Below are positions 18,174-26,992 of a DNA stretch of 26,992 nt, piece after piece. This DNA comes from Vulcanimicrobiota bacterium (lineage in GTDB: Bacteria > Vulcanimicrobiota > Vulcanimicrobiia > Vulcanimicrobiales > Vulcanimicrobiaceae). A program made the translations under genes and the position numbers. Each line of letters opens with the position of its first letter. Within the stretch, counting starts at the first letter, position 1. The DNA is taken from the NCBI GenBank assembly GCA_003133025.1, contig PKZK01000160.1, forward strand, positions 1,650 through 28,641, in the 5' to 3' direction. Below the pieces are notes generated by a model that was not told where the DNA came from, ran no database searches, and was given only the letters and a program-made list of their open reading frames with translations.

Positions 18174-19043
18174 TTAGGGCTTGATGAAATCGTGGTTGAC
18201 GATCACGGCGGTGCCCGAGGGCGACTTCTTCACGAAGAACTGAGCGAAGTAGGCTCCCTTCGCCGTTTGCAGGTCGACGTCGACGCGCACGTCGTCGCCG
18301 CTGCCGTGTGCTTCGATATCCGAGATGCGCATCTCCGGCCCGGCAAACTCTTTCTCCGAGAGTTGCGCGGCCCGCGATCCGGCCGGCGCGTCGAGCACGG
18401 CCGCCGCGCCCGCGTCGTCGCCGCGCGCGAGCGCCGACAGGTACGAGCGCACGACGCTCTCCGATTGGCGCGCAAAATCCGATTGCGTCGCTTGGGCCGG
18501 CACCGGCGTCGCGACGGGTTTGGGCACGACGGCTGCGAGCGTCTTGGGCGTGGCTAACGCGGTCGGTTTAGCGGTAGCGACTACGACGGGTTTAGCGGTT
18601 GCGATCGCGACGGGTTTCGCCGTCGGCGGCACGCCGTGCGTGGCCGCGGGCGACGGCGTGTCGCTCGGCGACGCTGCCGGCGTTGCGGTCTCGTTCACGG
18701 TGGCGCGCGGCGAAGCGGTGGGAGAACTCGCCGGTGCGGGACTCGGCGAGGGCGAAGGCGCCGGCCTCGGGCTCGCCGTGACGGTGGGGCTCGCCTCCGG
18801 CGTCGGACTCGGCGCGGGCGGCGCGAGCGTTTCCAGCGGAGCCGGAGCGAGCGTCACGATCGACGACGGTTCGGCGGAGGGCGGCGCGGACGCGATGCGC
18901 GTGTCCCGGTGCGCGTAGAGCGAGAATGCTCCGCCGATCGCGAAGCCGGCAACCACGATCGCCACGAGGATCAGCGGCAGCGGAAGGGAGCGCGGCTCCT
19001 GCTGAGGCCGCCGGCGGCGGCGTCGGCGCGGTCGTTCGTCCAT
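18174..19043 (-). CDS. Hypothetical membrane-anchored Pro/Ala/Thr-rich protein with C-terminal globular domain
   Basis: Arg-rich N-terminus, one TM segment, long PAT linker, folded-looking C-terminus. Confidence 0.7.
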   Translation of the reverse strand: MDERPRRRRRRRPQQEPRSLPLPLILVAIVVAGFAIGGAFSLYAHRDTRIASAPPSAEPSSIVTLAPAPLETLAPPAPSPTPEASPTVTASPRPAPSPSPSPAPASSPTASPRATVNETATPAASPSDTPSPAATHGVPPTAKPVAIATAKPVVVATAKPTALATPKTLAAVVPKPVATPVPAQATQSDFARQSESVVRSYLSALARGDDAGAAAVLDAPAGSRAAQLSEKEFAGPEMRISDIEAHGSGDDVRVDVDLQTAKGAYFAQFFVKKSPSGTAVIVNHDFIKP

Positions 19044-19099
19044 GCGGGGGCGTTTCGTCGCGCGAACATCGCAGCCTCGGTAAGGAAGATGCGTCAACC

Positions 19100-19438
19100 G
19101 TGGCCGCGAAGGCGACGCGCGTGATTCGCGTTCCCGTGCCCATCGACGTCGGCACGATCGCCTCGACTGCAAGCAGCGCCTTCGCGCTGGCGACGCCGCT
19201 CTGCATCGAGCGGCTCCTCGAACTCGCCGTGCGCGAAGCGGTAGGCACGCGGGCTCCGCACGACAAACGCGAGCGCAGCGTTCGCAGCACCCTGGCGGCC
19301 TTCCGCGCCGGAAAATTCGTGGTCGACATCGAGGGCCGCATCTACGACCGGCCCGATGCCATCGTGGTCGCCTGCGGGGTCGTCAGCCTGCGCTTCTTCT
19401 CGACCGAGACGCGCTGGAGGCGCGTTCGCCGGACCTGA
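19100..19438 (+). CDS. Small hypothetical protein (start GTG 19100 or 19121)
   Basis: AAGGAAG upstream; GC3-rich codon usage; fills the intergenic gap. Confidence 0.6.
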   Translation: MAAKATRVIRVPVPIDVGTIASTASSAFALATPLCIERLLELAVREAVGTRAPHDKRERSVRSTLAAFRAGKFVVDIEGRIYDRPDAIVVACGVVSLRFFSTETRWRRVRRT

Positions 19439-19470
19439 CGAACGCCGCTCCCTTGCTTCGAGGAGCGTTG

Positions 19471-20268
19471 ATGTTGCTTCGGCCCCGTATCCGATTGCTC
19501 TGGACCGCGCTTGCGGTTTGCTTGCTAGCACCGCAGGCCGCGCGCGCGGACGATTCCCTGGCCGCGATCAAGGCGCGCGGCAAGATCGTCGTCGGCGTCA
19601 AGGCCGACTACCCGCCGTTCGGGTTTCTGGATGGCGACAAGAATGTCGGGCTCGAGATCGACCTCTTGCACTTGATCGCCAAGGACTTGCTCGGGAAGGC
19701 CGACGCGATCGAGTTCGTGCCGGTCGTCTCGGCCAATCGCTTCCAGTATCTCAACACGAACAAGGTCGACTTCCTGTTCTCGACGGTGACCGTCACCGAT
19801 CAGCGCAAAGAAGTCGTGGACTTCAGCGCGCCGTACATGAAGTCGGGCTGGCAGGTGTTGATCAAGCGTAGCAACGCGACGATTCACGACGCACCCGACC
19901 TCGCCGGCAAGACGGTCGTCGTGTTGCCCGGCTCGACGGGCGAGAGCGGGCTCGAGCGGGTCGTGCCGAGCGCGACGTTGCTCAAGTTGCCCCAAACCTC
20001 CGAGGCGTTGCAAGCGCTGCAGTCGGGGCGCGCCGACGCCTTCGTGCAAGATTCCGCGCTGCTCTACGGCCTGGTCCAACAGTATCCGCAGTATAAGGTC
20101 GTGGGCAAAACGTACGACGACCTGCCCATCGCGGCCGCCTGCCGCAAGGGCGATTCGACGCCCTGCGACTACATCAGCAAAGAGATCGCCAAGTTCACCA
20201 AGAGCGGCGTGTTGAAATCTGAATACCGGAAGTGGGTCTACGGCGCCGCAGAGCGCTTCATGCCATAA
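19471..20268 (+). CDS. Polar amino acid ABC transporter substrate-binding protein
   Basis: AGGAG SD; signal peptide; GVKADYPPF, RKEVVDFSAPY, GRADAFVQD. Confidence 0.93.
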   Translation: MLLRPRIRLLWTALAVCLLAPQAARADDSLAAIKARGKIVVGVKADYPPFGFLDGDKNVGLEIDLLHLIAKDLLGKADAIEFVPVVSANRFQYLNTNKVDFLFSTVTVTDQRKEVVDFSAPYMKSGWQVLIKRSNATIHDAPDLAGKTVVVLPGSTGESGLERVVPSATLLKLPQTSEALQALQSGRADAFVQDSALLYGLVQQYPQYKVVGKTYDDLPIAAACRKGDSTPCDYISKEIAKFTKSGVLKSEYRKWVYGAAERFMP

Positions 20269-20273
20269 CACCC

Positions 20274-20945
20274 GTGCTCGCGGCGGCGCGCCTGGACTTT
20301 TCCATCGTTCGCGAGGCTGCGCCGGCCCTCGCCCACGGCGCGTTGGTCACGGCGGAAATAACCGCGGCGGGCTTGGCCGGGTCGTTGCTCGTGGGCATCG
20401 GCGGCGCAGCCTTGCGCACGTCGAAATCGCGCGCCGCGCGAACGGCCGCCGCAGCGTTTACCGAGTTCTTTCGCAACACGCCGCCGCTCGTCCACATCTT
20501 CTTCGCCTATTTCGCTCTGCCCGCAATCGGCATCAACGTGCCCGGGATCGTGGCCGCGACCACCGCTCTCATCCTCTACCAGGGCGCGATCGCGATCGAG
20601 ATCATCCGCGCCGGCTTGGAAGCGGTCCCCGCCGGACAACTGGAAGCTGCTGACGCGCTCGGCCTGGGCGGACTGGATCGCTTTCGCAGCGTGGTCGTGC
20701 CGCAAGCGCTGCGCATCAGCCTTCCGGCGCTGGGCAACAACCTGATCTCGCTCTTCAAAAACACCTCGCTCGTCTCGGCGATCGGCGTGCTCGACATCAC
20801 GGGCGTGGCCCAAGACGTGATCGCGCAACGCCTCTCCAGCGCCGAACTCTACCTGACGATCGGCGCGTTCTATCTCCTGTCGGTGTTTGCGTTCTCGGCC
20901 GTGTTGCGCTTCGTGGAAAGCCGGCTCGCCCGGTACGCGACGTGA
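20274..20945 (+). CDS. Polar amino acid ABC permease
   Basis: FRNTPPLV, EIIRAG..GQLEAA..LG, PQA, KNTSL. Confidence 0.92.
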   Translation: MLAAARLDFSIVREAAPALAHGALVTAEITAAGLAGSLLVGIGGAALRTSKSRAARTAAAAFTEFFRNTPPLVHIFFAYFALPAIGINVPGIVAATTALILYQGAIAIEIIRAGLEAVPAGQLEAADALGLGGLDRFRSVVVPQALRISLPALGNNLISLFKNTSLVSAIGVLDITGVAQDVIAQRLSSAELYLTIGAFYLLSVFAFSAVLRFVESRLARYAT

Positions 20946-21583
20946 ACGCGTACCTGCACGCGCTGCCCGCTCTGCTCGGCCGGGGTCTGCTCGCCACGGT
21001 GACGATCAGCGTTGCGTCCATGCTGATCGCCCTGGTCGGCGGCTTCGGCATCGGTCTGCTCCGGGCGCTGCGTAATCCGCTGGTGGATGCGGCCGCGATC
21101 GCGTACGTCGAAATTCTGCGCGGTATTCCGCTGCTGGTGCTGATGTTCTTCGTGTGCTTCGGCTTGCCCCAACTCGGCATCGGGATCGATGCGGCGCCCG
21201 CCGCGATCGTGGCGCTCGGACTGTGGGGCGCCGCCAACGGCGCGGAAATCGTGCGCGGCGCCCTCGTCTCGATCCCTCGCGGGCAGAGCGAGGCCGGTGT
21301 CGCCCTGGGACTCGGCCGGATCGCCGTGTTGCGCAGCATCGTGCTGCCCCAGGCGCTGCGGCGCACGGTTGCCCCGTTCATGAGCTTGTTCACCGCCATC
21401 GTGGAATCGAGCTCGCTGGCAGCGCTGATCGGCGTCAAGGAGATCCTCGAGACCGTCCGCGTCGACATCGAGAACGACGCGACGCTCTGGACGCCGCTGC
21501 TGCTCACCGCGCTCGCGCTCTACTTCGCGATCAACTTTCCGGTGTCGCTCGCCTCGCAGCGGCTCGAGAGGAAGCTGGGATGA
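20942..21583 (+). CDS. Polar amino acid ABC permease
   Basis: RGIPLLV, EIVRGA..GQSEAG.ALG, LPQA. Confidence 0.92.
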   Translation: MNAYLHALPALLGRGLLATVTISVASMLIALVGGFGIGLLRALRNPLVDAAAIAYVEILRGIPLLVLMFFVCFGLPQLGIGIDAAPAAIVALGLWGAANGAEIVRGALVSIPRGQSEAGVALGLGRIAVLRSIVLPQALRRTVAPFMSLFTAIVESSSLAALIGVKEILETVRVDIENDATLWTPLLLTALALYFAINFPVSLASQRLERKLG

Positions 21584-22326
21584 CCGCAGAGCCGCGCTCC
21601 GCGATGGTCAGCCTGGACGGCGTGCGCAAGTCATTCGGCTCGCACGAGGTGCTCAAGGACATCAACCTCTCGGTCGCACCCGGCGAAGTCTGTTGCATCA
21701 TCGGGCCGTCCGGTAGCGGCAAGTCGACGATCTTGCGCTGCATCAACCGGCTCGTCCGCATCGACGGCGGAGAAGTGACCGTGGATGGCCTGCGCGTCAC
21801 CGACCCGACGGTCAAAGACGTCGACCTGCGGCGCCGCGTGGGCATGGTCTTCCAGCAGTTCAATCTCTTTCCACACATGAGCGCTCTGCGCAACGTAACG
21901 CTCGCGCCGCGCAAAGTGCTCGGCCTCTCCGCCGCCGAGGCCGAGGCCCGCGCGCTTAGCTTGCTCGGGAAGGTCGGACTCGCGGAAAAAGCGGGCAGCT
22001 ATCCGGCCCAGCTCTCCGGCGGGCAGCAGCAGCGCGTCGCGATCGCGCGCGCGCTCGCGCTCGAACCGAAGGTCATGCTTTTCGACGAAGCCACCTCCGC
22101 ACTCGATCCGGAGATTACGGGCGAGGTGCTCGCCGTCATGCGCGAGTTGGCCGCCGAACATACGACGATGATTTGCGTGACGCACGAGATGGGGTTTGCG
22201 CGCGAGGTCGGCACGCATGTGGTCTTCATGGACGGCGGTTCGATCGTGGAGGAGGGACCGCCGCGCAGCGTCTTCGAGAACCCGCAAGCCGAGCGGACCA
22301 AAGCCTTTCTCTCGAAGGTTCTCTAA
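21580..22326 (+). CDS. Polar amino acid ABC ATP-binding protein (GlnQ-like)
   Basis: [40 protein letters not shown]. Confidence 0.95.
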   Translation: MTAEPRSAMVSLDGVRKSFGSHEVLKDINLSVAPGEVCCIIGPSGSGKSTILRCINRLVRIDGGEVTVDGLRVTDPTVKDVDLRRRVGMVFQQFNLFPHMSALRNVTLAPRKVLGLSAAEAEARALSLLGKVGLAEKAGSYPAQLSGGQQQRVAIARALALEPKVMLFDEATSALDPEITGEVLAVMRELAAEHTTMICVTHEMGFAREVGTHVVFMDGGSIVEEGPPRSVFENPQAERTKAFLSKVL

Positions 22327-22339
22327 GCGCCGCCCAAGC

Positions 22340-23581
22340 CTAGCGCGCGGCGCCCCAGTCGCGCTGCTGGACGAGTTCGGCGTAGAGCGCGTTGGGCCAG
22401 GCAAAATCCTCGCGCGTGAACCGCTCGGGCCAATCGACATCGAACGACTCGTGCAGTCGATGATCGCCCACATCGGCCGCTGCGATATACCGCATCAGGC
22501 GCTCGATCTCGGCGGCGTCGTCGGAGGTGAGCGCTTGGACGACGAGCGACAAGGGCCAGACGAAGCCGCGCGGCGTGTGCGAACTGCCCACGCCGACCGC
22601 GTACTTCCCGGCGTAGAAATACGGGTTGCGCGAGGAGAGCACGAAAGCGCGCGTGCTCCGGTAGAGTTGGTCGCCGGTCGAAACGTATCCGAAGAAGGGC
22701 GCCGAAAGAAGCGACGGCACGTTGGCGTCGTCCATGAGGACGCGGTGGCCCATGCCGTCCACCTCGTACGCGTAGATCTTCCCGACGCCGGGAACCCAGG
22801 CGACCCCGTGGCGTTCGATGCCGCGGCGGATCTGTACGGAGAGGCCCCATGCCTCCGCGGCCGCCTTGCGATCCCCGAAGATCCGGCGTTCGATGCTCGC
22901 CAGACGCCGCAACACGACGACGGCGAACATGTTGTCGGGCACGTTGTAGTGGTAGTGCGCTGGATCGTCGGATGGCCGGAAGCCCGTCCAGACCATGCCC
23001 GTGTAGCGCACGGCATTGCCCTTCCCGCGGTAGCCGAGATCGGGGTGGGTATAGTGCGAACGCGAGCCGTGCCGCTGCTCGTCGCGAAGGACGCGCAGGA
23101 CCGTCGCGAACGCGCGCTTCACTTCGGGCGTGAAGATCGAGCGGTCACCGGTTTCCGCAGAGTACCGCCCCGCAAACCAGATCGGATAGAGCAGAGAATC
23201 GACCTCGAACTTCCGCTCGGCCACCCGGTAGTTGGACCAGTAGGCGTTGGCGTACGGGTCCAGCAAGATGTAGCGCGCCATGCGCGCGACGGTGCCGCGC
23301 AGCGTCTCGCGGATGCGCTGGTCGGTGGTGGCGAGCGGGATGTAAGGCTCCATCACCGCCGCGGCGTCGCGGAGCCACTCGGCGTCGATGTCGCCGCTCG
23401 AGACATAGGTGGTGCCGTCGGGTTGCAGCGAGGCGTGCCGGTTCAACGCTTCGTCGAACGCCGTCAGGTAGAGCTTTTCGAGCGTCGCGGCGACCGCGGC
23501 GCTCTCCTCGGCGCGCGCCGGCGCGGCGGTCGGGCCCAGCAGGGCAGCCGCGAGAGCGACGGCGAGAAAAAGACGCCTCAT
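22340..23581 (-). CDS. Glycoside hydrolase family 125 (exo-alpha-1,6-mannosidase-like), exported
   Basis: GDIDAEWLRD, ERKFEVDSL, FRPSDD, MDDANVPSLL, HESF, FAWPN; signal peptide. Confidence 0.9.
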   Translation of the reverse strand: MRRLFLAVALAAALLGPTAAPARAEESAAVAATLEKLYLTAFDEALNRHASLQPDGTTYVSSGDIDAEWLRDAAAVMEPYIPLATTDQRIRETLRGTVARMARYILLDPYANAYWSNYRVAERKFEVDSLLYPIWFAGRYSAETGDRSIFTPEVKRAFATVLRVLRDEQRHGSRSHYTHPDLGYRGKGNAVRYTGMVWTGFRPSDDPAHYHYNVPDNMFAVVVLRRLASIERRIFGDRKAAAEAWGLSVQIRRGIERHGVAWVPGVGKIYAYEVDGMGHRVLMDDANVPSLLSAPFFGYVSTGDQLYRSTRAFVLSSRNPYFYAGKYAVGVGSSHTPRGFVWPLSLVVQALTSDDAAEIERLMRYIAAADVGDHRLHESFDVDWPERFTREDFAWPNALYAELVQQRDWGAAR

Positions 23582-23670
23582 TTGTTGCTGACTATGCTGA
23601 CGAGAGCGCGGCAATCCTTTCCGGCGGCCGACACGAAACCATGGCCGCGCCCCAATCGTTTAAGGTGAAA

Positions 23671-24432
23671 ATGCGCGCGCCGCAGGTAGCCGCTACGCTC
23701 CTCTTCCTGGCGCTCGTTGCGTGCTTGGGCGAGTCCGCGCGCGCCGCCGAGCAACGCTACATCGTCTCGGGTCGCGACAGCTTCGCGATCGGCGAAGGCG
23801 ACATCAAGAGCGAGACGCGCTACGACGGCACCGAAGTGCTGACCGTAACGCGCCGCGGCAAGGCGATGCGTTACGCGGCCCGGGTCACGTACGTGCGCAA
23901 CGACCAGGGCGCGGCCAGCGACGCGGTCGCCGACTTCGTCAGCGATCTGCTGCCGACGGGCGAGCAACTCGACTCCGCCGATCACGATCCCGATTATCTC
24001 ACCGTTCTCAATCAACCGTTCTCGGCGCAACTCGACGCGGCGACGCTCGAGGATCTCAAACACCTGCACGGCACGGTGCCCTTCGATTTTCCCTCGCCCT
24101 TCACGGGCGCGACGCTGCACGGATCGCTTGCCGGCATCGGGGCCGGACGGCTGGGCGGACGGCCGGCGATCGGCGTGCGCTTCTCGGCGGGGGGCCCGAT
24201 GCACGGTGCCCTGCCCGACCGGCCCGGGCTGACCCTCAGCGGCGGCATCCTGATGCGCGGCACCGCCTACTACGATTCTGAAACGGCGCTGCTCTTGACC
24301 CTCGATGCGACCGTCACGATCTCGGGCAACGTCTCCAATCGAACGGGCAAAGATCCCGTCACCATCGTCTACCGCCGGCTCATTCGCGCCGACCGTCCCG
24401 ACAAGACCAGAACCGCACAGCGAACGCGCTGA
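23671..24432 (+). CDS. Secreted hypothetical protein
   Basis: Signal peptide ending ARA; GC3-rich coding bias. Confidence 0.72.
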   Translation: MRAPQVAATLLFLALVACLGESARAAEQRYIVSGRDSFAIGEGDIKSETRYDGTEVLTVTRRGKAMRYAARVTYVRNDQGAASDAVADFVSDLLPTGEQLDSADHDPDYLTVLNQPFSAQLDAATLEDLKHLHGTVPFDFPSPFTGATLHGSLAGIGAGRLGGRPAIGVRFSAGGPMHGALPDRPGLTLSGGILMRGTAYYDSETALLLTLDATVTISGNVSNRTGKDPVTIVYRRLIRADRPDKTRTAQRTR

Positions 24433-24440
24433 GGCGGGGG

Positions 24441-24467
24441 GAAGCCGGGCGCGCCGGCAGTAAGACA
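24441..24467 (+). promoter_or_regulatory. Candidate ECF autoregulatory promoter GAAGC-N17-AGACA
   Basis: Same motif and spacing as 25907-25933. Confidence 0.35.
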
Positions 24468-24491
24468 GGCAGCCCCGTCCAGGAGTAGCGT

Positions 24492-25142
24492 GTGGTGCCA
24501 CCGGCGAGGACCGCAGAACGGAAGCCGGCGGAGCCCGCCGCTTCGCCGCCGGTGCGGTCCGGCGAATCCATTCCAACGATCGAAGGCTTCGAGCGCATCG
24601 TCGACGATTTTCAACGGCGGCTGTACGGCTTCGCCCTGCGCATGACGGGAAACCGCGAAGATGCCGAAGAGATCGTGCAGGACGCCTTCGTTCGCGCGTT
24701 CCGCGCCCTCGGAAAAATGAACGAGGAGCAACGGCGCGAGCTCCGGCTGCAACCTTGGCTCTATACCATAACGTTAAACGTGACGAGGAACCGGTTGCGC
24801 TCGAAGCGACCGACGAACGTTGCGCTCGATGCGCTCGCGGACCCAGACGCCCTGCTCAACCACACGCAGGAGGGCCCCGAGCAACCCGAGGCGATCGTCG
24901 AACGCAGCGCGGACATGGTGCTGGTGGAGCAGGCGCTCCTGCAATTACCCATGCACCTCAGAGCCGCAGCGACGCTCCGTTTCATCGAAGGCCGCAGTCA
25001 TCCCGAAATTGCGGAGATTTTGAACCAACCGATCGGGACCGTCAAGTCGCACGTCCATCGGGCCGTGCGCATCCTACGGCGAATTCTCGGCCCGCAAGTC
25101 GGCCGCCTCGCGCCAACCGGAGAACCAGCGCATGCGGTGTAG
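24492..25142 (+). CDS. ECF (sigma-70 group 4) RNA polymerase sigma factor
   Basis: AGGAG SD; region 2 DAEEIVQDAF..WLYTI..N; region 4 EIAEILNQPIGTVKS. Confidence 0.95.
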   Translation: MVPPARTAERKPAEPAASPPVRSGESIPTIEGFERIVDDFQRRLYGFALRMTGNREDAEEIVQDAFVRAFRALGKMNEEQRRELRLQPWLYTITLNVTRNRLRSKRPTNVALDALADPDALLNHTQEGPEQPEAIVERSADMVLVEQALLQLPMHLRAAATLRFIEGRSHPEIAEILNQPIGTVKSHVHRAVRILRRILGPQVGRLAPTGEPAHAV

Positions 25143-25890
25143 TGATGTGGAAGCGCTCTGGGACGAGATGCGAGAAGGCATCGAGCCCCGCAACGATCAC
25201 GTCGTGGCCCATCTGCGCCGCTGTCGCGATTGCCAGGACATGTACGCGCAATTCGAAGGCGTTGCGTATTGCCTCTCGTGTTTGCCGATCGTCGAGCCGC
25301 CGCAGAGTCTCGTGCCCCGCATCCTCGACCACATCAAGAGCAGCGTGCGCACGCGCCGCGCAGGGACGAACGGATCGTCCACATCGCCCGACTCCCTGGC
25401 CCTGCTCGATTCGCCCCTCGGCACGCTGGCCATCGGCTGGCGCAAGGCCGGCATCACCTTCGTGGGCATCGCTCGCGAGAACGATTTCGAGACGATTCGA
25501 ACGCTCGTGGAACGGCGACTGCGCCGCCCGGTCGTCCCGGCCGACGCGCCTGCCTGGGTGCGCGAAACCGTCGCGGCCTTCTTCGCCACCTGGCGCGTCG
25601 ACGAGCGCGTGCTGGATGTTTCGGGCTTGACCGTCTTCGAGCGCGCCGCGCTCGAAAAAGCTGCCGAAATCCCGCCGGGCGAAGTGCGCTCGTACGGTTG
25701 GATCGCACGCGAGATCGGCCATCCGCAGGCGGCTCGCGCCGTCGGGCAAGCGATGGCCCGCAATCCTTTGGCGCTGTTCTTTCCGTGCCATCGCGTCGTC
25801 GACGCCAACGGCGGACTGCACAACTACGGCTACGGCGTCGACGTGAAGGCGCGCATTCTGCGCATGGAAGGTTATCGCGCGGTTCGGTAG
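25132..25890 (+). CDS. ogt: Fusion: zinc-binding anti-sigma domain (ZAS/zf-HC2) + methylated-DNA-protein-cysteine methyltransferase
   Basis: N-terminal C3...HLRRCRDC (HxxxCxxC); C-terminal SPLG, IPPGEVRSYG, ARAVG, NP..PCHRV, K..L..EG. Confidence 0.9.
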   Translation: MRCSDVEALWDEMREGIEPRNDHVVAHLRRCRDCQDMYAQFEGVAYCLSCLPIVEPPQSLVPRILDHIKSSVRTRRAGTNGSSTSPDSLALLDSPLGTLAIGWRKAGITFVGIARENDFETIRTLVERRLRRPVVPADAPAWVRETVAAFFATWRVDERVLDVSGLTVFERAALEKAAEIPPGEVRSYGWIAREIGHPQAARAVGQAMARNPLALFFPCHRVVDANGGLHNYGYGVDVKARILRMEGYRAVR

Positions 25891-25906
25891 CGAATGTCCG
25901 AGATAC

Positions 25907-25933
25907 GAAACGTCCGCGGCTCCTTCAGAGACA
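25907..25933 (+). promoter_or_regulatory. Candidate ECF promoter GAAAC-N17-AGACA for small transcript
   Basis: Matches the motif upstream of the sigma gene. Confidence 0.35.
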
Positions 25934-25938
25934 AACCA

Positions 25939-26088
25939 GTGAAGGTAACAGACGGACAAAGGAGGTGATCATCGTTAGTTACGAAGGCAACCAACGTAGT
26001 CTATACACGATGATTGGAGGTGCGCAGACCTAAACTCTGCGCAAGATAAAGCACTCCTAGTCCGCCGGCCGCGAGCCGGCTTTTTTTT
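25939..26088 (+). other. Small structured transcript: sRNA or mRNA for a 20-aa peptide (25971-26033)
   Basis: Perfect SD AAGGAGGTGAT, two hairpins, intrinsic terminator, lower GC than flanks. Confidence 0.55.
26064..26088 (+). terminator. Rho-independent terminator
   Basis: GCCGGC-CGCGA-GCCGGC followed by T8. Confidence 0.9.
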
Positions 26089-26435
26089 GTCCGGCGCATC
26101 GCGGGAAACTCGCCCGAAGCTCCGAACACCCGGTCGTGGCTCGGCGGGGTCCAGGATGGCTGGAGTGGACCGCGGCCTGAAAATGGTGCTAGGCTCCCAG
26201 GCTTCCAGGATGGCGCGGAGCCCTCGTTCACGAATCTGCCGAGGCAACCCGTTCTCGACGCCTGGCAAAAACCGCCCGCACCCGGCCGGCTTTGCGAGCC
26301 GCCGGGCACGTACGTGTGTAACCAAGCCTTCTCTTGAGGTTCTCGCGCTGAACGTCCGTCCGACCCCACCAGGTTTCGTCCACGCCCCCCGGCCTCAGGC
26401 GCCGTTCGAGCCCATTTCCGGCTCGGTGGCCTAAC

Positions 26436-26992
26436 GTGGACGACTTGGAACGCGACCGCGACGCGCGTCTGGAGGCGATTCCCGACTCCCACGGTCATGC
26501 CAAGGGCGAGCACAAGCCCTTTGCCGAGGAGCGGCCGATCCCGTACACGGCGCGCATGCTGTTCCTGTGGTTCTACCACGCTTGCCGGCGGGGCGGACCC
26601 CGCTTCATGATGGTCGCCGATCACGTCAACTACCTCACCTTCGAAGATCCGGCCGCGGTCAACTTGGTCCGGCGCGCCCTCAAGCTCGCGCACGCCGGCG
26701 ACCTGTACGGCGCCTCCGAGACGGCCGGCGTCGACGTGCAGCACGCCGCCGTCGTGTCGGAAGGCCTGCGCCGGGGCATGCGCTACTCGATCGGTGCGGA
26801 GGTCGACAACGACCCGCGCAACCGGCCCGACGCCCAGAACATCGTCGACGCGATGCGCCCCGATGCGATCATCCGCTCGATCCATTTCCTGACGATCGAC
26901 CATGCCGAACTCGGTGCCGGCTACCAATGGGCCTTCGACAATCCCGAGTTCAAGCAACTCTACGACGAGATCGGCACCGAGAAGGTGTGGGA
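26436..26992 (+). CDS. PHP-domain hydrolase (histidinol-phosphatase-like), truncated by window end
   Basis: Not in ORF track; my translation from GTG 26436: MDDLERDRDARLEAIPDSHGH...ADH...IGAEVD...RSIHF, matching PHP metal motifs DxHxH, DH, GxE, SxH. Confidence 0.8.
   Translation, partial: MDDLERDRDARLEAIPDSHGHAKGEHKPFAEERPIPYTARMLFLWFYHACRRGGPRFMMVADHVNYLTFEDPAAVNLVRRALKLAHAGDLYGASETAGVDVQHAAVVSEGLRRGMRYSIGAEVDNDPRNRPDAQNIVDAMRPDAIIRSIHFLTIDHAELGAGYQWAFDNPEFKQLYDEIGTEKVW

Noticed and set aside
19089..19124. uORF MRQPWPRRRRA
   Set aside because: SD too close to the ATG; it fits the GTG at 19100 better
25959..25970. 16S rRNA 3' end (GATCACCTCCTT on minus strand)
   Set aside because: No other rRNA sequence; it is a perfect SD on the + strand
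26105..26128. Third ECF promoter copy GAAAC..GAACA
   Set aside because: Spacer is 14 nt rather than 17 and the -10 differs

Overview
High-GC bacterial chromosomal window, mostly housekeeping genes. A diderm is implied by the secretin; the style is reminiscent of Eremiobacterota/Vulcanimicrobiota, but that is only an impression. Left to right: a GDSL/SGNH lipoprotein; a divergent Fe-S locus (sufR plus an atypical IscU/NifU-like gene versus sufC-sufD-sufS-sufU, no sufB); an orphan secretin with a lipoprotein; a Liv-type ABC transporter; a secreted hypothetical; a repeat cluster; sodC, an acyl-CoA synthetase and a Pro-rich protein; a polar amino acid ABC transporter; a GH125 glycosidase; an ECF sigma factor followed by a zinc anti-sigma/O6-alkylguanine methyltransferase fusion; a small structured terminated transcript; and a truncated PHP hydrolase. 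Best novelty candidates: (1) the ECF sigma + ZAS-Ogt fusion, with a GAARC-N17-AGACA motif found both upstream of the sigma gene and upstream of the small transcript, suggesting an alkylation-sensing sigma switch; (2) a ~101-bp hairpin element with compensatory base changes, flanked by GCGAAGC mini-hairpins and mirror-image A/C versus G/T skew that extends into synonymous codons of neighbouring genes. All calls come from motif recognition by eye; no database searches were run.
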